A stretch of 64,000 nt of DNA from Octopus sinensis (taxonomy: Eukaryota): positions 122,822,001-122,886,000 of the forward strand of contig NC_042997.1 of assembly GCF_006345805.1 (NCBI RefSeq). Reading direction: 5' to 3'. This document shows positions 12,040-25,821 of the stretch, in pieces. A program made the translations under genes and the position numbers. The notes below the pieces were generated by a model that was given only the letters and a program-made list of their open reading frames with translations, searched no databases and had not been told where the DNA came from. Each line of letters opens with the position of its first letter. The stretch's first letter is position 1.

Positions 12040-12202
12040 GACGGGCTTCTTTCAGTTTCTGTCTACCAAATCCACTCAAAAAGCTTTGGTCGGCCCGAGG
12101 CTATAGTAGAAGACACTTGCACAAGGTGCCACGCAGTGGGACTGAACCTGGAACTATATGGTTCGTCACCAAGCTACTTACCACACAGCTCCTCCTACGC
12201 CT
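12040..12202 (-). mobile_element. tRNA-derived SINE family B (CORE-like), 5' half
   Basis: Revcomp GGCGTAGGAGGAGCTGTGTGGTAAGTAGCTTG..GGTTCAGTCCCACTGCGTGGCACCTTGTGCAAGTGTCTTC; matches the copy at 40626. Confidence 0.9.
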
Positions 12203-12649
12203 ATGTATGTTCCATAGGTGAAGGTGAAAGGCAGATAGCGGATGAGAGACAGACGCTGATGTTTCATAACTTATGCACGTTCTATAGATGAAAGTGAAAG
12301 TAAGCCAGCACAAAATTGATACTGTACGTTCTATATAGAAATTTATAGAAATTCTTGTTTCACTAAGTTTAATTATTTCGGTTTCTAAATAGAATAGCTT
12401 GGAGAATAATGAAATATTTCTCCACATAAATTTGCGCAATTTCCGTTTATCTCTTGTAAATGATGGTAATATATCTTGTGTTGCGTACGGAATGCTTTTT
12501 TTCTTGTACTCGCACTTATTAACGGCATTTAGCATAAATTGTTCAAATGTGTTGTGTTGTACATTGTAGTGTGGGCATACATTCACGTAAACTTATCTTT
12601 CGAAGGAAAATTCCTAAATGAAATAACGAGAATCTGTGTCTCTAATTAT

Positions 12650-12860
12650 CCCACCAACACAGCCACCAATACCACATTCATTACCAGTACCACCACCACA
12701 AACACCATCACCGCTACCACCACCTACACAGAACAACACCAGAACCTCAACCACTACCACCACCTACCCAAAGCAATACCACATCCACAACCACTACGAC
12801 TATCCCACCACCACCATCACCACTATCACCACTACCACCACTACCACGAGTACCATCTCC
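12650..12860. repeat. Degenerate (ACC/ACT)n trinucleotide repeat
   Basis: CACCAC/CTACCAC runs that produce the poly-T/H ORFs. Confidence 0.85.
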
Positions 12861-13775
12861 GTCTTAATTTACAAAAAGCTTTGTGGAATGTTACTCACTG
12901 AAAAACATCTCAGTGTAGTGCATATTCTGTCCGGCCAATAAAATAAGTAGCATAATCCTCTGAAACTATGTTGGTTTGCATCAGCAGTGTGTATTGACAG
13001 ATAAGAAAAAAATTAATTTGCTGTGAGGCAGACAACCATTGTACAATTTTGGGCCATTAGCTCTCGTAGATTGCCCATTTCGTTACTGCATTCTCATCCT
13101 TTTCCCCACAGTAAATCAAATTATTCTACTTGGAAACCATTAGTACATATTTAGTTAAGTATTTAAAATATGCATGGAATTAGAGGTAAGAGGTAACTTC
13201 CAGAATAACTTACTATTACAATTTTGAAATTCTTTTGTGATAATCTGGAAAATATCTTCTGGCAATATCATCTGCGGTTTGTGCAAAGTTATTATTTGCT
13301 ATTAATTCCTTCTGTGCTAGAATATCAACTTTTCTACAGACATCGAATAACCAAAATAAATATATGAAAGCCAAAATAACTTCGTCACCAAGAATGTGGA
13401 AGTAATCAGCCAGAATATTGATAACATTTCTTTTGAAACAATTTTTTTCCAAATCTTTTCTTTAAAAATATATTTTTACTTCAAATGATATGATGATCGA
13501 TATCATACATTTTTTCGCCTATTCTTCCGAGCTATAATTTCGCTGGAGTAACATATGATATAAATGAATAGAGTTTCCAGTGACAAAGTCTCTTTGTGAA
13601 AAATCTCCATTTTCAAGGTCTGTATTTTTAAAAAAAATTACCATAGTGGACTACCTGTTACATTGAAATCGATATATTTGTCCACGTCATGTACATATAG
13701 AAGAATGAGGTGTTGATTTGCTCGTGCATATATCAAATCATCATATATACGTATACAAATATATTTGCACGTGTG

Positions 13776-13835
<60 letters not shown>

Positions 13836-15029
13836 CACACCAAACTACAAATATTGAGGTACGCGTATTCTTATACAGATATGTAGTCACATAAATTTGA
13901 TAACTGCACGTAGGCATTTATAAATAATCTCATTTATAAAGCACTCATATTTATGAAGATATTCATTCGTATGTACCTATGCATTAATACATATATTTCG
14001 ACACTACTCCAAACAGTAACAGGTCTGGCATTGGACTTTAATGGGAATTTAATGAGTATAATACAGTAAGAAACAAATTTTGAACATGTATAATACTTAA
14101 TTCTCCTCTATGATGTCTTGAATGTATATGTACATGTCGTGTGTGTATACATCTCTCTCTCTCTCACTGTCACTATATATATATTTATAGGTATATGTAT
14201 GCATGTATGTATGTACGTATGCATGTATGTCTGTATAAATTGCTTGAACCTTCTGTTTTTACTTTTTTACTTTTCTTAACAAAAATTACCTGCATTCTGG
14301 ATAACTATTAATTACGTAGATGTAGATCTATCTCAATACCTTCAAACTATAGATTTTTAGAGAGATGTAACAGATCATGTACGATAGCCATATTATACAA
14401 TAAAACCGACCGCCTCCTCACTGCTACGTATATTAGGCACTGATTTCCTGTATTGTTGGACACACACGAATGTCAATAAAACGTAAGACTGATTGAACCA
14501 TTGTTGCATATTAACATTCCAGTCAGTCACAATTCATACGCGTACTCACTTGCAAAAACATGTATGTAAGCTATAGAGTACCTATATAAACAGAGCTAAT
14601 TAAGGTGTTTCTCAGTAGACTGAAAACATATTTGTGTTTCTGAGAGTATGCGCATGTTGATACGTAAATATACGCGTATGTGTATGTATGTTTGTGTGAT
14701 TGTACGTGTGCGTGTGTTTGTGGAGAGAGAGGTCGGGGAAACGAAAGTGCGGGCTAGTTGCTACATATTTCGGTTTATGATCATAAGATCGTCGTTTCGA
14801 TTCCGGAAATGAGATAAATTTTTTGTGTCTTTGAGCCTCACACTTTTTGCTACATATCCGCAGGTGCCTTATTAAGCATTTCAAAATGTGACATATAGAT
14901 TGTAAGTTATAACAGTCTGTACTAAGTACAATATAACCCCCACACACACAAAAAAAAAACCGAATGATATCACTGTAAATTATATTTACATGAAACATTG
15001 GAAATCCTTATGACATTGGACAGCGTTCG

Positions 15030-15168
<139 letters not shown>

Positions 15169-15293
15169 TGTAGAAAAATACAAACTGGGACAAGAACGTA
15201 AAACATTTAAAAGACGATACAAATAACACGGACGGGTCATTCGAAGCCTTCAATCTTTAGTCAAGAACCGGTTCATCCTAGCAAATCCGGCTG

Positions 15294-15377
<84 letters not shown>

Positions 15378-15410
15378 CAGCCGAAATTGATAGGATGATA
15401 TATATATATA

Positions 15411-15635
15411 TATAAGAGAAGAAAAAAATACATAGGAAGAATCATCACAGAAGATATACGTCCGAAATAACATTATATTATGAGATAAATATATAACGTT
15501 TGATTATATAAAATGCTAAAAGATTAAAAGTTTTAATCATACCTTCTATATTTATACATCTATCTATAAATACGATATTATTTTGGACGTATATCTACTG
15601 TGATGATTTTTTGATGCAATTTTCTTGCTCTTATT
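15411..15635. repeat. Degenerate ~225-bp foldback / MITE-like inverted repeat
   Basis: AATCATCACAGAAGATATACGTCCGAAATAA (~15440-15470) pairs with TTATTTTGGACGTATATCTACTGTGATGATT (~15578-15608); an inner arm pair is also complementary. Confidence 0.75.
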
Positions 15636-15769
15636 TTATAAAATAATATATAGTCGCTCGTATTAAATGTCTAAATACCTTTAATGTTTTAGCCATCTCC
15701 CTACAAAGAGCGCTTATTAGAAATTCAGCATATTATATTTTCATTGAATATATATATATGTGTATATAT

Positions 15770-15812
<43 letters not shown>

Positions 15813-15814
<2 letters not shown>

Positions 15815-15872
15815 CGATGGCCGGATAACTGAAGAGATGGCGGCGTGGATTTCCATCCCAGAATCTGAAACT
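15813..15872 (+). ncRNA. Truncated hammerhead ribozyme motif (same family as 33419-33490)
   Basis: GGCCGGATAA-CTGAAGA-GATGGCGGCGTGGATTTCCATCCCAGAATCT-GAAACT; stem III and the 3' strand of stem I are lost. Confidence 0.55.
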
Positions 15873-16079
15873 GTTACATGGGAATGTAAATATGTTTGCA
15901 AATTTTTTTGTTACATGTTATTCTGTGTTCTGAATACCTTTCTTTTAATAAATGTTGCTTACTGCAAGTTATGGATGATTCTTTTATGACTTCATTGCTT
16001 TCAGGCTTAGTTAAGGTATTTTCACGCCCGACATCACAAAACGAGTCTGAATAAACATTGCTGGACAGCAAATAGAGAC

Positions 16080-16194
16080 TCGGACATTGCTTATAAAATA
16101 TTTTTCATTTTTTACCTCAAATATAGTACGCACTAGGAATTTCGACCTTTAAATTTTGGGAAAAAATGCAGAATTTACTCGAGGATTTACGGTA
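16080..16194. mobile_element. Single terminus of a Tc1/mariner/pogo-type DNA transposon
   Basis: TACTCGAGGATTTACGG-TA (16176-16194) resembles a CCGTA-type TIR ending at TA; no partner TIR was found. Confidence 0.4.
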
Positions 16195-16239
16195 TATATA
16201 TATATATATACATACACATTACATATATACATACATACA

Positions 16240-16310
<71 letters not shown>

Positions 16311-16318
<8 letters not shown>

Positions 16319-16436
16319 ATCATATGACCGACCAGTCTATCAGATGTTGCTACACATCGCTGGCCACAATGCGCTTCGCATCGCTTTAGCCTTCATATGA
16401 CGCCACTCCGCTGGTTAAGCGAGCAGGCCAGAAGCA
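16311..16436 (-). mobile_element. 3' tail fragment of SINE family A (tail type 2)
   Basis: Reverse complement matches 60960-61086 (GCATTGTGRCCAGCGATGTGTARCAACATCTGATAG..TGGTCGGTCA). Confidence 0.85.
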
Positions 16437-16921
16437 GCGGACTGAGTCCCCTCGCGATCGCGAGGGGACTGAGTGTGTATGTTTGTGTGTAGATGGATAT
16501 ATCAATGAAAGGAATTCCAACTTTGATTTTCACGTTTTATTTACAATCTTAATATAATATTATATAATTAAATTATAAAATATTAAATGTTCATCTTGAT
16601 TGAAGTAGCACTTTAATGCATTAAACTATGCAGGCTTCAGTTTCCTATATTTATGGTGATAATTATATTTTACAATTTACAACTGTAGTGAAATAGCAAA
16701 AATGTGTACCCCAAATAAATTTCTTTAGGCTGCAGCATGTTACGTTTTGCAAACTGTATTCTGACCAATCACTAAGTTACTTAACTTGACTGGTGTTTGG
16801 TTTAGGCGTCACGGTTTGTTGAAAATGTCAAGAGACCCGTAATTTGACCCTAGCCAAAGCAGTAAATATTTGGATATTTTTAGAAATGTAAACACTTCCT
16901 ACAGGTTTTTACGTTTCAATT

Positions 16922-17155
16922 ATTTCTTTCTTTACTACCAAAAGTGGCTAAACACAGAGGGGGCCAACAAGGACAGACGAACGGATTAAGTCGATTACAT
17001 TGACCCCAGTGGGTAACTGGTACTTAATTTATCGACCCCGAAAGGATGAAAGGCAAAGTCGACCTCGGTGGAATTTAAACTCAGAACGTAGCGGCAGACG
17101 AAATACGGCTACGCATTTCGCCCCGCGTGCTAACGTTTCTGCCAGCTCGCCGCCC
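16922..17155 (-). mobile_element. SINE family C (Meta-domain-like)
   Basis: Revcomp GGCGGCGAGCTGGCAGAAACGTTAGC..GTCGACTTTGCCTTTCATCCTTTCGGGGTCGATAAATTAAGTACC; several copies in the window. Confidence 0.92.
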
Positions 17156-20102
17156 TCGTTTCAATTATTATCATTACCATTATCATCACATGCATTATTG
17201 TTGTTATTTGTGATGGTGGTGGTCACGATGGTAGATGTAGCTGTGGTTCACTGACTTTTGTCTTCACTTAACTTGTATGTTCCAGCTATCGTCATCATGA
17301 GAACCGTTAGTATTATTCTTGAATGTGGTAGTAGTTGTAGCAGTAGAAATACAACATTTAAGTATTATTACTATTATTGTTATTTCGAGTAATTTTAAGT
17401 ATTATTATTTTTTATTTAGCTTGGGCTGGAATTTATCAATAAAGTTCATTTCTCTAATTTATCTCACGATTCCACTTGGACTGTGTACTTTGTGGAATGT
17501 AAGTATTACAAATAATTTCCGACCACATCTTCCTACGAAATAGCAGTACATAGGAATTTTACTTGTCTTAAATTAAAGCATGAAACGATTGATACAGAGT
17601 GAATACTCTGCTTAGTGAATACTAAACTAGCACAGGAATGATAACCTACGTATCTTAGTTGTTGTAATTCTTATTATTGAGTAGGTAGAATATTCTTTAG
17701 ATAAATTGGAGTTGTCTCACTGTTTACTAACATATGGAAGCAATTAAACTATAATGCAGAATTACTTACACACGCACACACACACACATCGTCATTTATG
17801 TTTTTCCAAATTAGTTTCTCGATGTACAGCTGCATTTTATATTGTCTTCAGTTGATAAATCTGTGAATCTATATTTATATAAGCTATTTTGAAATATTGT
17901 ATGTTCCAAGAATAAATTTACAACATTAGTTAATAATAATTTGCCTGTGTTACTAGTGCAGCGTTCCTGTATTGCTAATGCATATCTCCCATTATTAGAA
18001 ATTGAATGTTAAATTGGTCACCTGATACGTGTGTTATCTTGAGAACAGAGACATTTTCCGAATTCTCCTCCCTGAAAGAATTGTTATAGATATCACATAG
18101 TACCATATTGTTCTGTTGAAAACAGTGCATAATATTACACACAAAACTTTTCCTCTTCCCGTTCTCACTTAATTTATTATGATTTTCGATTTACTAATGA
18201 ATGACTTATACATATTTTCTGGGTAGTAGTTCAAACCTGGAGCTATCGTCGGAGAGAACTTTTGAACACTCAAATAAGCTGATTTAATTATTCTAAACAT
18301 CTCTTGCACGATATCAATTTGAGGGAAACATCGAGTATAAATATTAATTGAATCCGATCGATAGCAGCAACAGCTAATGTGTATTTATCTGCAGTATTGT
18401 CGCATTAGAGAATTTTTTCCTTACATTTTTCGTATTGGAAAACAACGATGTACTTTGGATTTGTTGTCTTCACTGCTGCGTGATAATTAGATGAAGCATT
18501 CTGGATTGACACGTGTTGTCAAATCTGCAACAAACCTCATCGTAGAGTCTTAAAAGAAGAAAGACTAACAAGGTAATGATATTTTAAGTACAGGTGATTG
18601 TGTTTAAGTGGCTGTGAGATGATCTGTCACTCTTTGTCTCCAATTCATTATAAAATTGGTAATATTAAGTGACACATCTACCTGTCCTATTTGCCATTCT
18701 ATTTTCTAATTTATTACTTTCATCAGAACTTACTTGTCATTCTCTAATCACAACGGGTGAACCATCGCTAAAATTCAGTCTCATCATTCAAACTTTCATC
18801 ACAAATTTAATATGGACCACTTTCAATCATAATTATCATTACACACCTTATTCCTAACACTTCACACCTTTAAGTAATTTGTCTTTCTTCCCTTCAATGG
18901 AAGACAAAGTTATACAAATCACGTGGCAGGTCACAAATACGCGGTGCTCACATTCGCGTCTTAACTCACAGATTAACTGACAGAATTTGAAATTTAGAAA
19001 GCAGTTTTAATTAAATTACACACGTATTAAGACTGTACACATATGAATAGAATATCGAAATCACCACGTGCACTGATATAATTTCCTTTAGTTTTTGAAA
19101 TACATAAATATATATGTATACAAACATGCGTGCGCGCACTCACGCGTATATACAAGGGAGAAAAGGAATAAAAGATTCAGGACGAATAATTATGAGTATT
19201 CTGTAGGGGTCAAACTTGGCTAATTACATTACCCAGCAAAAGCCACTGTAATCCATCTTCGTCGTAGATTTTCATTCCACTGTCTGTAGAATGTGCAAAT
19301 TAAAAGTTCAAACACCGAATACTTTTCGTTTATAGATTATAGATTAGCGAATTACACATTCGTTAATAAGCTTACGCACTTTCGGACATATGGCATTCCA
19401 AAACTATCCAATGCAGTCATCATACATATTAATCCATTTAGTATTTGAGTAACTAAAATCAAACAGAAATCAAAGAGAGATATTTAATACCATCGTATCC
19501 TTATCAAAGCTATACCAATCTGCTTGGAACACGGAACATTTAAAAGGAAATAGTAAAATTAACAGCATTTGACCAGGATACGATATATTTCCACAAGGCA
19601 TTAGATGCACGTTAGTTTCTCTCCATTATTTTGTAGCGTACAACTTATCATAAACTACCCATTATCGGGTCTATCGTTACACTCTTTGACGTGCCAGGCA
19701 AAATTATTTGCAGAGAGTTTTCTTTCTTTACCATATTTAAATGAAAATACCTGATTTTATAATCTTTATTTAAACATCAATTGCGAAGGCACCTGTATAA
19801 CAAAAGTAAATATATTTTTAGAGCCCTTGACAAGCTTTTCGCACTGTCAAATAAATAAGTTATATAATTTAACGGGGATATATTATTGGCGGAAATCGTA
19901 GCAGCACATGATACTATGTTAAGTATGTTTAATAAAATGGATTTAAGTGGAGATCACATAATCACGTCTCTTTATCTAAATATAGAAAAAAATCGAATAC
20001 TTTAAGTAAATTTATCTGGAGCTTCAATGAAAAATATACTGTGTATAAATATGTAGTACACTACCGTATAATTGTAGCGAATATATTGAGAACTGATTAA
20101 CA

Positions 20103-20416
20103 TATCCTATTGTTTAAGGATGTTTAACGAACCACCCCTGTTTCCAAAGGTGTATTATCCAAACCTCTAAGAATTCCTTTCCACACACGGCTATGATGCT
20201 CCCCCACAACTTCTGCTTTTGATCAGAGGTGCACATATCGTCAGCAACTAAGGGGCATACGCAACTGATTAAGGTCAAACAACTGACAAGCAAATCTGTG
20301 GTATTGGGCAGAACATTTGCTGTAGCCCATCTTTTATATCAAGACAAACCAATGTACATGGTAACACTTCCAATCAGTTAAGATCAGAAGCCATGGTACT
20401 GCATCAGGGCATTTAT
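20103..20416 (+). mobile_element. Dispersed retroposon 3' segment ending in a (TTG/TTA)n tail
   Basis: Higher-GC block ending GGTACTGCATCAGGGCATTTATTGTTGTT; recalled as a common octopus repeat, not verified. Confidence 0.5.
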
Positions 20417-20419
20417 TGT

Positions 20420-21230
20420 TGTTGTTGTTGTTGTTATTATTATATGTTTGATTTTCGCTTTGTATTTTACAAGTTGTCTCCAAGTCTCACGCATAGATAT
20501 CAATAGACAACAAGTTAGAAGTTCATGTTTGTTGTTATGACTAGGGTGCCATATATTTGGTTTTGCACAAAGTTTGTTTCCAGAGCATGATTCCGAAAAC
20601 TAGAAAATTATAAGTTTCTTTCAGAATTTCAGATTACATTGACAATATTTTTTTAGTATATGGGCAGGTACCATCAGCATTATTTAAAAAAAATTTCTAG
20701 CATTTTAAAATTTTCTATATCTAACATAAGTAGCAATCAATCACATTTGCTATCATTTCTAGTCTACTCAGGCTATGAACAAGTTTTTTTGTCGTTTCTG
20801 CCAATTTTCCAGGATCAACGTATTAAGGAATAGATGATCTTTACAATCAAAGGGCCCACATATACTTCCTTCTTGCTCATTAGAATATATCCCACGTTAT
20901 ATTAAAATACTATAGGTGTATTCAGTCAAGACAGATGTTAGTATTTTACACATTGTTGTTAAGCTGGTTATGAGTCTATAATTTTTGGTTCATTTGTTTC
21001 TTAACTTTTTAGAAGTAGGGATGTAACACCATTAACTAGCCAAGAGAGAATTGTATTAGGATGTTGTAAAACACAGTTGCAATGTTTTGTTAGCATTCAT
21101 GACTATCTGGGAAGGCATTCAACCAGAGGTTAGGAATATTATCCTTTCCTGGGGTCTTCCGGCCTTCCATTTTCTTGACTTCCCGAGAGCAAATCTTACA
21201 GCAGATCTACCTTAATACACTCCTACGTTT
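20420..21230 (-). mobile_element. R4/Dong-type LINE relic with a large internal deletion
   Basis: The minus strand reads GKDNIPNLWLNAF, PKNYRLITSLTTMCKILTS and EQEG...CKDHLFLNTLILEN..KNLFIA*VD (RT N-terminal half). It joins almost directly to the C-terminus (..AHILKKILSM*), 3' UTR and (TAA/CAA)n tail. Confidence 0.8.
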
Positions 21231-21260
21231 GGCCTTGTAAGGAGTCTATATATATATATA

Positions 21261-21591
<331 letters not shown>

Positions 21592-21849
21592 AGTCGAACC
21601 TTTGTATCTCATGAATGCTTAAAGATAGCTGAATGTAATTATAAGATGTTTTCTAACACTATTGTACTATACTTTGAGTATGAATAGTGTTTATTACTTT
21701 CCAGTCTTACCAGACTAATCATGATAAAGTTGAATTTGGACGAAAGTCAGATTTTCATCAATAATTAACCATTACGCTGAACTGGGAGTTCATAATTGAT
21801 TGGAATAAACTTCGAATAGAGGTTTCAAGTTTTATTTCAAAGTAGCAGA

Positions 21850-23070
21850 GACAATATTGGCTGAAATTGTATATGTTAGGCATGAAAAATTGCTCCACAT
21901 TTGGTAATGCTTCCTGACTACAGTACACGTTTTCTAAATGAATTCTTCATCAATGTCTTTTCCCATGAATGTACTTTTGAGAGCTTGTAGATTACTTTCG
22001 GGATTCTCTTAAGCTTTTCGGACCTATTCATTCCAGGTTTTGAAGGTTAAATAGCTCGAATCAAGTGAGAAAGGGGGCCAAGTGTTCTTATCCCGAAATC
22101 AGTTCTGAAATTCATATCTGAGAAATTTTTGAGCCACTGCACCTGTGTGAATGTAATGTAATCTTGAAGTCATTTGCAGTCATTTTGGGGTTTCTTTCGT
22201 CTCTAGGATCAGGATATTCTGAAAGAATCCCGGTTTTTACATCTTTGAAAATCTGAACATAATCTTCTCTCAGTTTCTCACTCTTCCCACATTTCATCAA
22301 TGGCATCTTCCTGCGATCGGAGTACACGCAGACGAAAATCATCACCTTGGCAACGTTTTCGCACATAAAAATAGCATCTTTGGCTCTGTCTTTGTTGCGT
22401 CATTATGTGTGCATATCTTGGATGAAGTTCTCATACGTGTAAAATGTCACTCCAGGACAAGTTTGGCTTTGATCCAGATGATCTTTGCCTTATCCAAATT
22501 TCTGACCGTTTGTCCTAGAGTAACAGGCTGCCTTACAGGTTTCATATAGCATTTAATTTTCAATTCCTCTGCCACCGCTTTTAAACTGTCATTGCTGAGA
22601 CTCCTCTCTCATCATCTCTCGTGCCAAGCATCTTATTGATGGAGTTGAATCTCTTATAATTGATCTTGTCATCTCCAGATTGAAATGATGATATCACTTG
22701 CGCTTACGACCTCTTTATCGAGCCTCCCTCTCCACTACTCCCTATTTCTCAAACTTATTGACAAAACTTTAGATGGTTCCTGAATAGACTTTGAAGATCG
22801 AAGCCAGAAAATGAATGTTAGCACCATTACAGAAGTATTGGATGGTCTTAGCCTTCTCAAAATTACTCAGTTGGGAAAACATGGTGAGGCTGGCAAAAAC
22901 GATTTCAGCCTGTTCTTTGTATAGCTAAATATCTCAATGATTCTTGCAAAGAACGGTGTTAGTATAGCCAGTCGTCTTATCTGGAAAACATAAAAATTGC
23001 AAATAAATGAGTTAATTGGATTTTAGAAGTTTTAAGAATTTGTGAGTGCATTAATTTTGCTGGTACACAC
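21850..23070 (-). mobile_element. Decayed Tc1/mariner-superfamily (maT/DD37D-like) transposon
   Basis: ATG at 22882 starts MFSQLSNFEKAKTIQYF..GANIHFLASIFKV (HTH-like) then RGRKRK. Downstream are AKVMIFVCVYSDRRKMPL and FRDKNTWPPFSLD (WPPxSPDL-like, ~22060-22110). A TA-CCGTGTG terminus lies at ~23060-23074. Confidence 0.7.
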
Positions 23071-24585
23071 GGTATTTGTGTGTATATGTGTGTGTGTCTG
23101 TGTTGTGTGTGCGCAAGTGCGTGTATGTCTGTGTGTATATCTCGTATGTGTGCATATATATACATATACATGTGTGTATTTGTGTGTATTTGTGTATGTG
23201 TTTGTGTGAGTATGTTTATGTGTGTATGTACATGCATACGCATTTTTTTAATATATATATGACTTTGTAACATCAAGGTTAGCGGGAAAATGTTTTATCA
23301 CCTACGAACTTATTCTTGAGTTGATTTAGATAATTTGAAATACACAGTGAAATTCATTTAATTTCCGTTAAATAAGATTCAAACGGTTCTTGTGCAGGAA
23401 ATAACTTCGTAAAATATGTTGAGAAAATAATAACATAATATTAAAACTGTAATACTCCAAGGAATCTTAAGTGCAAATTTGGGCAAGACAATTCCCACTA
23501 CAACCATAAATTTTGTCTATTGCCTCTAGTTTATTATATATGTTTCAGTAGTCATTCAAAATTGATTGACCGCTGCTAACCCGTAAAAATATGTACGCAA
23601 CATTTTTTTGGTTTTTTTATAAATTGTTGTTATTTAACGTAAAGCCAATGTTGTAATTTTGGACGCCTTTTTCTCAAACATGCATTGCTGAAAGAAAGTG
23701 TAACAACATAGTGACGAAAAACACCCCCACTTTTTGCCCAGATATTTTATTTTTCGTTCCACATCTAACAATGTTTTTTTAGGTTTCCACACACAATTAA
23801 CTCTACTATTTTCTATTTAACTGAAGAATAATCACAAACTTGTATCGAAATCGTTATTCTCTAAATACGTTAAACGTTAAAGTTATATTATTACTGCATC
23901 AATGATAATATATTTAGAAAAGCACACACTATTATTATGTCTGATGATCCAAGTGTGAATGTCTCCATAAAGTGTTAATCAACACTTAACAAGCGATCGG
24001 TCTTAACTCTAAACTCGTTAAATATCACATTAACCATCATTGATACATACAATGCCTGTACAAATGCGGTGAGGTTGCTATGCAGATAAAGCTATCGCAA
24101 CCAAAGAGAAAGCATTGCCGCTTATCACTCTCGCTGAAATACGGTTTCTTTACTATCGCCAATTAGATTATTTAGATTCTATAATCTGATTATAAAAGAA
24201 GAATTAAGATATAAATTGTCACCATATATTTAGTGATTCAGTTGACGCAGACTGAATCTGAAGAGATTGGTGCTGTTTATAGTTTTTGCTGTTATTATAA
24301 ACCAGCAGGATTTCTCTTTTGTTTTTAAACGTGAATTGCCTTTCTAGAATTATTTTTAGCTTTCCTGTTTGCTCAGTGTATCGAATAGTATACGTACTCT
24401 AGTCCTATATATAGGTTAATCCTAGTTTGTGTATGCTGCATCAGTATTTAAGAATATGTGTTTGCTGTAAAGTATCATTGCACATGTATCCTGCTTTTGT
24501 TAATATTTCGAGGTTACCTGGTTGAAATCATGCATCTTGTTTGGTTATATGGAATGGGTGACATCACAGCGATATAAGAAGAACA

Positions 24586-24817
24586 AAGGCGGCTATCTGG
24601 CAGAAACGTTAGCAAGCCGGGCGAAATGCTTAGCGGTATTTCGTCTGCCGCTACATTCTGAATTCAAATTCCGCAGAGGTCGACTTTGCCTTTCATCCTT
24701 TCGGGGTCGATTAAATAAATACCAGTTACTGGGGTCGATATAATCGACTTAATCCGTTTGTCTGACCTTGTATGTCCTCTCCGTGTTTCGCCCCGTGTGG
24801 GTAGTAAAGAAATTGGT
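24586..24817 (+). mobile_element. SINE family C (Meta-domain-like)
   Basis: Homologous to 16922-17155. Confidence 0.92.
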
Positions 24818-24825
24818 ATAAGAAG

Positions 24826-24990
24826 AACACGAGATGGTGAAGATGCCGACGACCGCTTTGTTCAAAGCCTCCCTGGACCTCAAGTGGCCTGAACTCTTTA
24901 CATGAACACCACCCTGTACTTAACTCCATGTCCCCCTACATGGCCTTGCTATTTGCTTTTGAGCCAAATTAACTAACTAACTAACTAACT
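24826..24990 (+). mobile_element. CR1-like LINE 3' stub with (TAAC)n tail
   Basis: MPTTALFKASLDLKWPELFT* resembles the CR1 C-terminal FK..LD..W; followed by TTAACTAACTAACTAACT. Confidence 0.6.
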
Positions 24991-25821
24991 TTTATTGTTT
25001 ACAAGTTGTAATTTTGGCATATCCATTTCACTGGGCGTCAAAACAATGGCGATACCATCAATAAAAATCCTTACTAACCACAATAACAAACTTTCTATCA
25101 TAGTTCTATTAATGGATATAACATATCAATATTGAGGGCCTCAAAATTAAGGGCCACTTCCATGTTTCTATTGTTTCATTGATTTATTACATATGTTCAG
25201 CTGCGGAAACTCTTCATCTTGATCTGCGAACACTGAGGATGCCTAAGTTTCTACTTTTCTTTTCACTTTCTATATTGCCTTCATAAGTGCATAATCTTTC
25301 AGGACCGGTAATGCCTTTATTGCTGAATAATCCACATGTCTTCTAACACATTGACATATGATTTTAAAAAAAATTCTGATTCTAGTATGCTACACATAAT
25401 TGTAGAAGAATATCAATCAACATTTCGTTTATTTAAAAGAGGTATGTTTTATTTTGGCAAGCATGTGTGTAATATGTACACAAATATCAGAATACTAAAT
25501 CACATCTATAGTTAATCATACGAATTATTATTTGCAGTTTTAATTATGTTTAAAATTTCATGACGCTATTCTGTTTGTTATTTTTGCGGATATATAGGCA
25601 TATATTGCAAGAATATTTCCGAAACATATTTTTCAAGTATCATAATATAATGCCATAATTACGATTCATACCAATTGGTATATACACACTTCTGCATATC
25701 GCAAAAACTCTTTCTACTTTGGACTAAAGGGCTGATTCTACTTTGTGTAATTTTTCACATATCTTTCAGAAATTAAATAGAAATATTCATTTACAATTCT
25801 TCAATAATTTTTTCTTTATAT

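Noticed and set aside
12539-12941. His/Thr-rich ORFs resembling a mucin or metal-binding protein
   Set aside because: Explained by a degenerate (ACC)n repeat; no domain or splice support.
18491-18572. Possible 82-bp exon (AG|ATGAAG...CAAG|GTAATG; EAFWIDTCCQICNKPHRR)
   Set aside because: Weak polypyrimidine tract, no recognisable homology and no partner exons.
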